Shown in pieces: positions 9,314 to 18,208 of a stretch of DNA of 32,011 nt. Each line of letters starts with the position of its first letter. Positions within the stretch are counted from its first letter, which is position 1. The position numbers and the translations under genes were made by a program. Below the pieces are notes generated by a model that did not search any database, had not been told where the DNA came from, and worked only from the letters and a program-made list of their open reading frames with translations. The DNA comes from a virus (taxonomy: Duplodnaviria; Caudoviricetes), in IMG/VR virus record IMGVR_UViG_3300025155_000130, positions 1 to 32,011 of that record; one strand, given 5' to 3'.

Positions 9314-11286
9314 TATTTATCTCCTAAGAATGCTGTGATAAAAAATGGAGTAGGTAATTTAACTCCAACATCATTAGTTAATCCAGGAGTTACTTTTCTT
9401 AATCCACCACCAGAATTTTGATTAAGAACTAATACTGTAACATTTTCTCCAGGCGCGACAGTAATAGCAGTTATAGGTGATCCATTACTAACTAAATAAG
9501 TCGGAGATTGATTAGTAATTGGTAATGGAAATTCTTCTACATCATATAGAGTTCCAGGAATTAATCCACTAAATACCCGCGCGTTTTCTGATAATAATGT
9601 CCATGTAGATGGTGATAAAGTATTACTTCTAAAATTAAATACTGTAACTAAATCTAATGGATCTGTAACTTTTGCTACAGTAATAGTTCCCTTTTGAGTA
9701 TTAGTTACTGTTACTGTAACTGTTTCTCCAACAGCTACTGAAATATTTGTATTATCATCTAATGGATCATTACTAACATCATAAGTTGTTATAAAATCTG
9801 AATCTGGAGTTTCTACAATTGAATATCCACTACCTGCTGGAACATTTAAATAAGTTTGACTACCACCATCTATTAATGAAAATGTTCCAGGTGCTAATCC
9901 ACCACCAGCAGTAAAATCAAAACTATCAATTAATCCAGTTGGATCAGTTACTTTATTTACAATTATTGTTCCAGTTGCTGCTGCTCCAGTTCTAACAATC
10001 CAGAATGGACAACTAAAACTTACTCCAAATCTACTAATAGGAGTTGCAGTTTCTGCCGCGCGATAAGTTCCTGTTTCATAATGAATCTGTTCAACTTCAG
10101 CTAATGTAGAACCATCTGATATTTTAATATTCCTAAATACTACATGCTGCGGACTAACCGCTGGCAAATGAAACATAATCCAAAAACTATCTGGATTATC
10201 AACTGCTTGGGCAAGCCTAGGAAATGTTGATGCGGGATAACCAATTACTCCAATATTGTAAGTATTAAGTAATGCCCCAGCAGTAGAGAACTGTTTTACA
10301 AGAACATCTAATGCAGGATTACTTGGAAAATATAATGCTAATAAGGTATCATCATCTAAATAAAGTAAATCACTACTATCATAACCTGCTAATGTAGCTA
10401 CTAAATCTGGTCCTGCAATATCTAATACTAAATCCCACGTTTTAATTGCAATATCGGGGGCACCAGCAAATTGCCAGAAGTATAAAATCGTTCCAGCATT
10501 ATTAGCTGCTAATGCCTTAACATTAGTATTACCAGTTAAGGTATAAGTAGTTCCACTAATTACTCCTAATGCTGATACCATACTAACAATAATAGCACCA
10601 GCACCTCCAGGATCTACTCCAACATAAAATTTATTTAATCCATGACAAGCACGAATTACACCAAATCCAAAATCCGTATCAAGTGCTAAATCTGCAATAA
10701 GAGCATAAGCACTATCAAATAATTTAGTACGAGTATTCCATGAATCAGAGACTAATACTTCACCACCAGGTAATATATCTGCTGCTTCTCCAGCGGGAAA
10801 TGATAGAGCACCAACAAAAGTTAATACGTTATAATCATCTCCATCTATAGCTGATACAAGAACTAATGGAAATTTCTCAGTATCATCATTAACTGCAATA
10901 CTTCCTAATGGAACTGCTTGATCAGGGGCTTCTTCAGCTTCAATTAATAATATAGCTGGAGTTGGATTTCCCGCGTTTGGAGTGAATCTTAACCAATAAG
11001 TATTACCAGCAACTACTCCAAATTGAACTGGTCTATTTTGAAAACTTGTTCCAGTATCAAGTAATTGAGTTATTCCAGCATCAGTATATACACGAGTTCG
11101 AGGTTTATAAGGATTAGCTAATGCACCAAATCCAAATAATCCAATTCCAACACTTCCTACTGGAGCAACAACAGTATACCATACATCATATGTAGTTCCT
11201 GCATCATGCACATCTTGACTTACAGATGCAGGTAATGCACCTAAGTCAATAGCAGTTCCAGCAGTTTGATTAGATGGAGCAGGCAT
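9313..11286 (-). CDS. 657-aa adhesin-like tail protein: PPC-like domain + beta-propeller-like region + two SpaA/CnaB Ig repeats + short C-terminal peptide
   Basis: N-terminal PSNQTAGTAIDLG...DVWYT...AGNTYWLRF; two ~92-aa repeats GTIxVxKVTDP...E...GExVTVxVxN. Confidence 0.7.
   Translation of the reverse strand: MPAPSNQTAGTAIDLGALPASVSQDVHDAGTTYDVWYTVVAPVGSVGIGLFGFGALANPYKPRTRVYTDAGITQLLDTGTSFQNRPVQFGVVAGNTYWLRFTPNAGNPTPAILLIEAEEAPDQAVPLGSIAVNDDTEKFPLVLVSAIDGDDYNVLTFVGALSFPAGEAADILPGGEVLVSDSWNTRTKLFDSAYALIADLALDTDFGFGVIRACHGLNKFYVGVDPGGAGAIIVSMVSALGVISGTTYTLTGNTNVKALAANNAGTILYFWQFAGAPDIAIKTWDLVLDIAGPDLVATLAGYDSSDLLYLDDDTLLALYFPSNPALDVLVKQFSTAGALLNTYNIGVIGYPASTFPRLAQAVDNPDSFWIMFHLPAVSPQHVVFRNIKISDGSTLAEVEQIHYETGTYRAAETATPISRFGVSFSCPFWIVRTGAAATGTIIVNKVTDPTGLIDSFDFTAGGGLAPGTFSLIDGGSQTYLNVPAGSGYSIVETPDSDFITTYDVSNDPLDDNTNISVAVGETVTVTVTNTQKGTITVAKVTDPLDLVTVFNFRSNTLSPSTWTLLSENARVFSGLIPGTLYDVEEFPLPITNQSPTYLVSNGSPITAITVAPGENVTVLVLNQNSGGGLRKVTPGLTNDVGVKLPTPFFITAFLGDK
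9412..9975 (-). repeat. two tandem CnaB/SpaA-like Ig domains (protein-level repeat)
   Basis: TGTIIVNKVTDP...VET...GETVTVTVTN versus KGTITVAKVTDP...VEE...GENVTVLVLN. Confidence 0.75.
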
Positions 11287-12821
11287 TATGGAATTACTCC
11301 ACTAAATCCAATATGAAGCACATTTATATTCAAAAATGCTATAGTTGCTGCGGCATCATTAAATGACCAAGGACACCATTTAATCTTTTCTGAATTTAAT
11401 CCTTGATCATATACTCCAAGTAAAATTTTAAATGTAGGAATTACACAATATAATTTCTTATTGATTGAATCATTTAATATCTGTACTCTATCAAATTCAT
11501 CTTTATCTAAAGCAAGCCAATAATCTTCAATCTTAAAAGTTAGTTCAGGATCAATAAAAGTTCCATTGAAAAGACAGATTCCAGAGAAATTAGCAATAAT
11601 AATATACTCAATATTAATTCCTCCACTATCAAGTACTGTAGTTATACCATGAACTCCCGCGCCATTACCTTGATCAATAACTACAACATCCCATAATGCA
11701 GGTGCTTCTCCATTATCTGATGCTGCAATAGTCTTATATGCCTTGAATAGATAAAGGATATCTCTGTATTCCTGGCCGTTTGTTAAACTATTACCATCTA
11801 ATGGAGCTACAATTAATCCATCTACAGCATTAAATGCTTCAGGTTCTCCTACATTAGATAATCTCGCGGTTGATGGTAAGGCAGATTCATCTAATGAAGG
11901 ATCAACATTACCAACACCATAAAATCCACCAGCAACTAATCTGTCATGATAAGTAGTTAGAAAAACTGAAGCAGGAATTTCTGATAATAAATCTTCTAAA
12001 GCCGCTGCTGAATCAATTAATTCTGAATCAAACGCGCCAAGATCATTTAATGTAGTTTGAGTATTATTTGGAATTCTTCCATTTGATAAAAAGAATAATT
12101 CATAGTCAGTTGGGATTCCGCTATATTCACCAATAGGAATAGATTTTGATACAACTACATGCCTTGCTACTACAAATGTATCAGGCGATACTGGAATACC
12201 AGATAGATCAATCCAATGTGCTCCTGTAGCTTGAACTGTTGCTAAAGTATCTGGTCCAATCTGAGTTAAGAATCCTGTATCAGTTTCATAAACAATACCA
12301 AATACATGTATTCCTGCTTCAAAATTTGGGCCTGGTTGAGCAGTTCCTAAAGCAGCAGTTAATGTTGATCCAGTTGGTTGTAATCCAGCAGCCTTTCGCG
12401 CGGCATTTCCTAATCCTAAATAAACATATAAGAATTCTCCTTGTAAACCAATTTCTCCATCATGGGGTGAGATATATGCCCTATTTGCAACAGACTGAAA
12501 TGCAAAGTCAGTCATTCCTACAATTGATAAAATTGGAGTAAATGGCGTCGGACTACCAGTATGATAAATATTACCTAAGTTATCAAGGATTAATAAACTT
12601 TGAACATTTTCTCTTACATAAGTATACATCCTAACAATATTAGGAATTGTTAGTCCACCTGATACTGGTACTTCTTCTATTCCATCGCGCGTGCAAAATC
12701 CACCTTCAAAATAATCTAAATTGTCACAATCCGTGAAATGATCCAGTGGGCAAGATTCATCATCCCCACGCGACCATAAACCATTAAATTCTTCTATTCT
12801 AATTGCTTGGTGTCCGCGCAT
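11286..12821 (-). CDS. tail nozzle / packaged-DNA stabilisation protein (P22 gp10 / T7 gp12-like), apparently lacking its C-terminal domain
   Basis: N-terminal FNGL...DDESCP...DNLDY..GG..TRDG; propeller motifs YHDRLVAGG and SNVGEPEAF; located downstream of the adaptor gene. Confidence 0.7.
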   Translation of the reverse strand: MRGHQAIRIEEFNGLWSRGDDESCPLDHFTDCDNLDYFEGGFCTRDGIEEVPVSGGLTIPNIVRMYTYVRENVQSLLILDNLGNIYHTGSPTPFTPILSIVGMTDFAFQSVANRAYISPHDGEIGLQGEFLYVYLGLGNAARKAAGLQPTGSTLTAALGTAQPGPNFEAGIHVFGIVYETDTGFLTQIGPDTLATVQATGAHWIDLSGIPVSPDTFVVARHVVVSKSIPIGEYSGIPTDYELFFLSNGRIPNNTQTTLNDLGAFDSELIDSAAALEDLLSEIPASVFLTTYHDRLVAGGFYGVGNVDPSLDESALPSTARLSNVGEPEAFNAVDGLIVAPLDGNSLTNGQEYRDILYLFKAYKTIAASDNGEAPALWDVVVIDQGNGAGVHGITTVLDSGGINIEYIIIANFSGICLFNGTFIDPELTFKIEDYWLALDKDEFDRVQILNDSINKKLYCVIPTFKILLGVYDQGLNSEKIKWCPWSFNDAAATIAFLNINVLHIGFSGVIP

Positions 12822-12822
12822 T

Positions 12823-12972
12823 TTAATTCACGAAATATTTACTATACTCAAGCCTATTCCAACAATGACTACAACAATATCTAATATTTCCAGCAATAGT
12901 TTTTAGAAAAGGCTTCATTCCATTATTGCAATTCTTTATTCCACATTCATAGCAATATATGATTTTAGCCAC
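12823..12972 (-). CDS. small Cys-rich (Zn-ribbon-like) protein, 49 aa, not in ORF track
   Basis: GTG start; MAKIIYCYECGIKNCNNGMKPFLKTIAGNIRYCCSHCWNRLEYSKYFVN*; fills the gap exactly and stops 1 nt before the nozzle ATG. Confidence 0.55.
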   Translation of the reverse strand: MAKIIYCYECGIKNCNNGMKPFLKTIAGNIRYCCSHCWNRLEYSKYFVN

Positions 12973-13162
12973 GATAATCAGTAAAGGTAGTTAAGATAAT
13001 AATTACTGCAATAACAATACAAATTGCATAGAAAACTTTTGACCAAGGTTCCTTAGTAATAACTGTTGATAGAAGATAAGCAACAACAGAAAGAATAACT
13101 ACTAGGATTCCTGTTCCTATTAAACTTTCAATTGTGGGTAATACAGCTTTTAAAGCAAACAT
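12965..13162 (-). CDS. small two-TM membrane protein (holin-like or accessory)
   Basis: Two hydrophobic segments separated by TKEPWSK; AAGGA SD. Confidence 0.6.
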   Translation of the reverse strand: MFALKAVLPTIESLIGTGILVVILSVVAYLLSTVITKEPWSKVFYAICIVIAVIIILTTFTDYRG

Positions 13163-13173
13163 ATAATCCTTTC

Positions 13174-13207
13174 AAAATTGGCAGTTTTATTATGGGAAAA
13201 CTACCAA
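13174..13207 (-). terminator. probable intrinsic terminator / hairpin after the beta-helix gene
   Basis: Minus strand TTGGTAGTTTT-cccataat-AAAACTGCCAA (the one mismatch is a G.U pair only on this strand), followed by TTTT. Confidence 0.5.
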
Positions 13208-13257
13208 AAACCAATCAATCATTAAATCCAGGGAGTTAATTTAATGACTAATTATTG

Positions 13258-14247
13258 TTATGCACCAGGAGGTGATGTAACAGTTAGTGCTGCTGTTCCT
13301 TCTGCATAGTTATTCCATGTATCAGTAGTTCCTCCACTATAACCATTAGAAATCTGAATCTCAGAAGCAATATTCTTAAACTGATTCAGTATAACATGGT
13401 TATTATTACCTTGGCCCGAAACTGCAATGGTAGAAACAACTTTGTTAGTTGAGCCAGAACCAGCAGTATAGAATCTACTTCCTTCAATTAAGCTCTGACT
13501 TAATGACATTTTAATATCATTAAGATTTGAGATAAATTGACAATTTTTAATCATCCATGCTAAGGGAACAGCAATTCCTGTTGAAATACCTTTAATTGCT
13601 GTATCTCCAAGAGATTCAAACCTACAATCTTCTATTAATACATGTCCACATCCACCAACATCTTCAATCCCAATACCATTTGCACCACCACCAACAAAGT
13701 AGCAGCCAACAAATGTTGCATGAGATCCATCCATATCTGCTGCTGTTTCAGCGCGAGATAATCTTACACAAGCAGAAGTAGCAACAGGAGCAAACATCAT
13801 GTTATAGATTGACCATGATTGTTCACGCAATTTAAGTAATGGAGTTGTAGCTGCTGGACTTGCAGGAGATAACCAAGAAGCACCACCACCTGTAGCAACA
13901 CCTGCATCAGTAGCTTGTCGTGGTCTATTACAAGCACCAACAATTGTTACATCAAATACATCCTGTGGTGCAACACATTGTTCCTTAATGACTCCATTAA
14001 CAAGAATCATTCCATAATTTCCAACAACAGCTAATGCTTCTGCCATTGTAAGAAATGCACTATCCCATGATAATCCATCTCCAGATGCTCCACCATAGGT
14101 ATCTACAAAGTATGTAATACCATTACCAATTGCCTGTGGAGCTAACTGACCACCATCAGAAAGTAATGCAAAAGTATTTCCAACGCGCTGTCCTTGTACT
14201 GCTTGTGTAAGACGCGCCCAAATAGAATCGATTGAATTAGTCGGCAT
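13258..14247 (-). CDS. right-handed beta-helix (pectin-lyase-like) spike/fibre protein
   Basis: YFVD...GDGLSWDSAFLTMAEAL cap motif, followed by IEDCRF / IKNCQF / IEGSRF rungs. Confidence 0.75.
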   Translation of the reverse strand: MPTNSIDSIWARLTQAVQGQRVGNTFALLSDGGQLAPQAIGNGITYFVDTYGGASGDGLSWDSAFLTMAEALAVVGNYGMILVNGVIKEQCVAPQDVFDVTIVGACNRPRQATDAGVATGGGASWLSPASPAATTPLLKLREQSWSIYNMMFAPVATSACVRLSRAETAADMDGSHATFVGCYFVGGGANGIGIEDVGGCGHVLIEDCRFESLGDTAIKGISTGIAVPLAWMIKNCQFISNLNDIKMSLSQSLIEGSRFYTAGSGSTNKVVSTIAVSGQGNNNHVILNQFKNIASEIQISNGYSGGTTDTWNNYAEGTAALTVTSPPGA

Positions 14248-14265
14248 TGTTATTCACCTTTCGGA

Positions 14266-14293
14266 GTTTTTGAATATAATTTGATTCAAAAAC
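14266..14293. promoter_or_regulatory. 10-bp inverted repeat in the intergenic region
   Basis: GTTTTTGAAT-ataatttg-ATTCAAAAAC, upstream of the beta-helix gene SD. Confidence 0.35.
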
Positions 14294-14313
14294 AAATAAC
14301 TACTTTTTGGTTG

Positions 14314-14991
14314 TTAAACGTAATTCCTCATCTTTGCTCCGGCTCTAAATGGCCTTCTTCTAGTTTTTATAGCCTGACCTCCTTTTACAGAAATTCCTAC
14401 AGTTCTATCTAATGCCATCACAGCAAATACATTCAAATCATCTGCTCTCTCTTTATCTTCTCCAATGAATTGAGCGCATAGTGCAGCAGTTCTATATTGC
14501 AAGAATGACTTACTATTGATTAAATTTATTGTCCCTGTAGAAGCAGTAATCTCTGGAAACAATGATTTAATATAATCAATCTTTATTTGGTTATCTTGAC
14601 TTGATGCGAGGACTTTAATTTCTTGTTCTTGCCATACCCACCAAATAAAGTTAGTTAATAGAGTTCCTTCCATATAATGTGGAAGAAATTCTAATCTAGT
14701 CATTTGAATATATGGATCAGTTCCAGCAAGTTTTTCCCATACTTGTTGAATTTCAACTAATGCAATAGGTAGCGCGGGAGTAGTATTAAATCCTATTGAA
14801 GTTACTCCTGCTGGAATTGTCAACGCGCTTGATACAGCATTAGTAACTGGAATATTATTCTGCTCGAATGTTTCTTCCAATTCAGCTAAAGCCATATTTA
14901 AATAAGGTAATTGCGCTGCATAAGTAAATGATGTTAATGCAGAATCATTTAGTAATGCAGCTACCTTATTCATTACATCAGCAGCAGTCAT
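14314..14991 (-). CDS. head-tail adaptor (tail tubular protein A / P22 gp4-like)
   Basis: Helical N-terminus (A..V..LLND...LPYLNMALAEL), beta insert and helical C-terminus; size and position typical. Confidence 0.65.
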   Translation of the reverse strand: MTAADVMNKVAALLNDSALTSFTYAAQLPYLNMALAELEETFEQNNIPVTNAVSSALTIPAGVTSIGFNTTPALPIALVEIQQVWEKLAGTDPYIQMTRLEFLPHYMEGTLLTNFIWWVWQEQEIKVLASSQDNQIKIDYIKSLFPEITASTGTINLINSKSFLQYRTAALCAQFIGEDKERADDLNVFAVMALDRTVGISVKGGQAIKTRRRPFRAGAKMRNYV

Positions 14992-15001
14992 GTATCACCT
15001 A

Positions 15002-15688
15002 CTAAACAGCAAACTTTAATCCAAGTTCCTTAGCTTTTTCTGGATCAATAATTGCCTTGCAATTCCCACAAATTGGGTAATTTAAATTCACCAAACTACC
15101 ACACGCCTTACAATTAATAAGACTTGGTAATCCAGAAAAATCACCAATCCAAGGTTTAGTCTTTGGATCAATATTCATTTCTTTTGCAGCTAGACGCGCT
15201 TCATCAGAAATTGCCATTGGATTACCATTAGTTCTTGCCCATAATCCATCGGCTGCTCTAATGCAATTTTCCCAATAAGCATTCTGCTTAGATCGCGCGA
15301 GAGCTAATTCTGCTGAATGAATCATCTTTACATCAATGACACTTTTCTCACCCATGATAAAGAATAATCCAGGAATTGCACTACCAGGAATAGCATCAGG
15401 TAAAGTATTACAATATCCAGTGCAAACATCTTCTGCAACTTGAATAGAAGAATTTGGAATTTCTAGCATGGGTTGTTCTGCATCAATATCTCTCCACCAA
15501 GATGAAGAACCAATAACTAGAATTGCAGGACTATTAAATGAGCCCGCTTCAATAGTAAATACTCCCGGCTCAATTGTAACTTTTCTTTCAACAATTTTCT
15601 TTGGATAAATACTAACAATAGTACATTTATCTAATGGATTCTTTGGTGATCTAATAGTGCGACGATTTTCTAATGCATAGCCACTCAT
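15002..15688 (-). CDS. hypothetical protein with C-terminal Zn ribbon
   Basis: CKACG...CGNC near the C-terminus; TAATG coupled. Confidence 0.7.
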   Translation of the reverse strand: MSGYALENRRTIRSPKNPLDKCTIVSIYPKKIVERKVTIEPGVFTIEAGSFNSPAILVIGSSSWWRDIDAEQPMLEIPNSSIQVAEDVCTGYCNTLPDAIPGSAIPGLFFIMGEKSVIDVKMIHSAELALARSKQNAYWENCIRAADGLWARTNGNPMAISDEARLAAKEMNIDPKTKPWIGDFSGLPSLINCKACGSLVNLNYPICGNCKAIIDPEKAKELGLKFAV

Positions 15689-16242
15689 TATAGTTCTCCC
15701 TGTTTAGTAAATCCTACTCCAGCTCCAGATTGTAAACTATCAGTTATTGAAGATTCATTTCCATATAAGTATTCTTCTATTTCTTCTAATTTTGCTTTTC
15801 TTACTTCTGGATTAATCTTTTTATCCCAATAGGGATGCTTGTATGCTACACCAACTCTAGCAGCGGCATTTGCATAAATAGTTTCGATTACATAATGGCA
15901 TACTGCGTATAAAGGAGGAAGGGATTTTTTACCATCCCCAGTTTCAAAAGTCCAAACTACATAATAATCAAATTTCTTGTCAACTAATTCTTTCTGCGCG
16001 TCAGGTGTTAAGATTGGCATTGCGCGTTCAAGAATATATCTCTCTTTAATATGCCAGTATTTTGGGACTTCTCTTGTTTCAGTTACTCTACGAATAAATA
16101 TTGAACCATTATAATCTTCAAAAGTTCCGAATCTTTTTTCATACTGATCATCTGAATAGACTACTCGAAAATTAGGAGTATCTATTGCAAAATACCCATA
16201 AGTATCTAATAGGTGCTTATTAATTTCTTCTATTGGTTCCAT
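15688..16242 (-). CDS. hypothetical protein (184 aa)
   Basis: ORF within the late operon, coupled to the next gene. Confidence 0.7.
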   Translation of the reverse strand: MEPIEEINKHLLDTYGYFAIDTPNFRVVYSDDQYEKRFGTFEDYNGSIFIRRVTETREVPKYWHIKERYILERAMPILTPDAQKELVDKKFDYYVVWTFETGDGKKSLPPLYAVCHYVIETIYANAAARVGVAYKHPYWDKKINPEVRKAKLEEIEEYLYGNESSITDSLQSGAGVGFTKQGEL

Positions 16243-16250
16243 GTTTTATT

Positions 16251-16290
16251 GTAGGTGGATTAGTAGCCCTTATTCTACTAATCCACCTAC
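16251..16290. promoter_or_regulatory. perfect 16-bp stem-loop between the capsid cluster and the next gene
   Basis: GTAGGTGGATTAGTAG-cccttatt-CTACTAATCCACCTAC. Confidence 0.85.
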
Positions 16291-16296
16291 TCCTTA

Positions 16297-16608
16297 CTAA
16301 GAGACTGGCCCCGGAGTATATTTCGCTGTATTTGGATTATAGTGCATCGCTACAGGAATATCAACACCAGGATCAGCAGCAACAAGAATATTTCCTGATG
16401 TGGCAAAAGCACCCATTGCATCAGGAAATTGCAGATACAACACATGCCACCCACTAACAGGCGGTGTGATTGTAACTAACTGCGTAGTGCCAGTAACAAT
16501 TGTTAATCCCGTTGTGGGAGCAATTACTGAGGCACTAGCAATTGTGCGCGGTGGCAGCATATTAATGCTTTGCGCGGGAAGCAACTGGTTATAAGCATCA
16601 TCTGACAT
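16297..16608 (-). CDS. putative capsid decoration protein (103 aa)
   Basis: Likely start MSDDAYNQ at 16608 with AGGAG SD; beta-rich; directly after the major capsid gene. Confidence 0.55.
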   Translation of the reverse strand: MSDDAYNQLLPAQSINMLPPRTIASASVIAPTTGLTIVTGTTQLVTITPPVSGWHVLYLQFPDAMGAFATSGNILVAADPGVDIPVAMHYNPNTAKYTPGPVS

Positions 16609-16619
16609 TTTATAGCTCC

Positions 16620-17858
16620 TTAGTAACCAGTTGGTACAAGCAAGTTGTCGATATAGCTGCAAGCGGCAGGGTTGTTCACAAAAAATTGTGTTCCCAACAC
16701 CTGGTAGAAAATATCCGCCGCAGCAATACCACCTGATGCTCCACGAAGTTCAAAGAAATTCCTACCATCAGTCTTGTAGAATCCTAATGGAAGAATTTCT
16801 CCGCGACCCCATACCTTTTTAGATACAAAGTCAATTCGTGTAGTATCCCAATTAAATGATGTTCGCACAGGAGCACCAGCCATCTGCATCTTTTCAAAAT
16901 ACATATCCAAACCTTCTTCTTTTGGCTGTTTTTGAATGATGCTTACTGCTTGTCCAATTTGCTCATATGCCTGTTGCTGTGCAGGATGCATCCAAGCATC
17001 AGGTTTAAAGTTGTTATTTAAACCAACTCTATTCCCAATTGCATTGATTGCTCTACGTGGCAGAGTTAGAGTCAATGCACTACCACCACCATTAATTCGT
17101 GTTGCTCGAATCTGTGGTGTAGTAGCGCGCTGAAATCCTAACCATGTTCCTGTAGCAGCATTACTATGATGATATGGAACACCATAGATACCCGGAATTG
17201 CAGCAGGAGCAGTAATACCAAACGTGACAATCACATCTGTAGCAACTACTCCCGCGATTGGAGTATCAATAGTGATTGTTTTGTTTGGCACATCCCAGGA
17301 AATGATAGTAGCACTGCCACGATTAGTAGCAAGTGTAGCATCAAAAATCTGGATTTTCTGTTGATCCCGCATTAACCTAACACCAAATCCATCAGTAGTG
17401 CAAACAATCACTTCTGCTGTATAAGTTGTTACGGTACCAATTACTCCAGTTCCAGGCTGCATTAATTGCGCGTCCATCTGCCTTTTCAACTCCATAGTTG
17501 ATCTAGCAACAAGTTTACGAACTGCATTAGCAATTGACTTTCTATCTGAGTCAGTTGCCCATTGTGCAAGTTTTGTATATTCAATATTCTCGCTAACGAA
17601 TACTGATCGCAAAACTGCTTTGTCAAACTTAGGCCCACTACCACGACCTAAATCACCACCATCAGCATTAAAGTATTGAAAACTTCCACCGGGAGAAATT
17701 TCGAGAGGAACTCGCATTTCTCGGTTAGAAATCTTCTCTACCTGTTGCTTCTGGATATAGCCAAAGAACTCATCATCATAGTCGAATACTGTCTGAATAT
17801 CATCGACTACTTTCTCAAGTTCTGAGGCAATAACTTCAGCATCTGTCATTGCAGGCAT
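16620..17858 (-). CDS. major capsid protein (HK97 fold)
   Basis: 412 aa downstream of scaffold/portal; backbone helix SIANAVRKLVARSTMELKRQMDAQL; C-terminal FFVNNPAACSYIDNL pattern. Confidence 0.8.
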   Translation of the reverse strand: MPAMTDAEVIASELEKVVDDIQTVFDYDDEFFGYIQKQQVEKISNREMRVPLEISPGGSFQYFNADGGDLGRGSGPKFDKAVLRSVFVSENIEYTKLAQWATDSDRKSIANAVRKLVARSTMELKRQMDAQLMQPGTGVIGTVTTYTAEVIVCTTDGFGVRLMRDQQKIQIFDATLATNRGSATIISWDVPNKTITIDTPIAGVVATDVIVTFGITAPAAIPGIYGVPYHHSNAATGTWLGFQRATTPQIRATRINGGGSALTLTLPRRAINAIGNRVGLNNNFKPDAWMHPAQQQAYEQIGQAVSIIQKQPKEEGLDMYFEKMQMAGAPVRTSFNWDTTRIDFVSKKVWGRGEILPLGFYKTDGRNFFELRGASGGIAAADIFYQVLGTQFFVNNPAACSYIDNLLVPTGY

Positions 17859-17859
17859 G

Positions 17860-18204
17860 TTAACTCCAAATTAACCTTACTCCTACAACTTGTGTAACTG
17901 CTGTTAACACAAATGTAGCAGCATATGAATCTATTCCGATTGACGTTGGATCAGTATTATGCAGAACAATTCCCGTATCACCTGTAACACCTTTAAGTGT
18001 AACATCAACAGTATTTCCAGTTGGAAATAGTATAGTTACAGCCTTAGCATTAGTAGGTGGAGTAATTGTATTTGCACCAGCAGCCAATGTAACAATATCA
18101 ATCTTGGCTGGGCTAGCCGTATTTTCTGCTGCATCTAATCCCGCGTTTGCAGAGAAATCGCCCGCGAATGTTATAGCTACGCTGCGCTGTGATGTTACTG
18201 CCAT
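17860..18204 (-). CDS. small beta-rich structural protein between scaffold and capsid genes
   Basis: Thr/Ala/Val-rich 114 aa, tightly packed in the head module. Confidence 0.55.
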   Translation of the reverse strand: MAVTSQRSVAITFAGDFSANAGLDAAENTASPAKIDIVTLAAGANTITPPTNAKAVTILFPTGNTVDVTLKGVTGDTGIVLHNTDPTSIGIDSYAATFVLTAVTQVVGVRLIWS

Positions 18205-18208
18205 TTTA

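Noticed and set aside
9300-11300. Sequencing frameshifts or stop-codon recoding as the cause of the split nozzle
   Set aside because: Each junction has a GGAG SD and a TAATG overlap typical of this operon, and core genes are full length in the standard code.
16251-16290. Classical intrinsic terminator
   Set aside because: No U-tract follows the stem on the coding (minus) strand.
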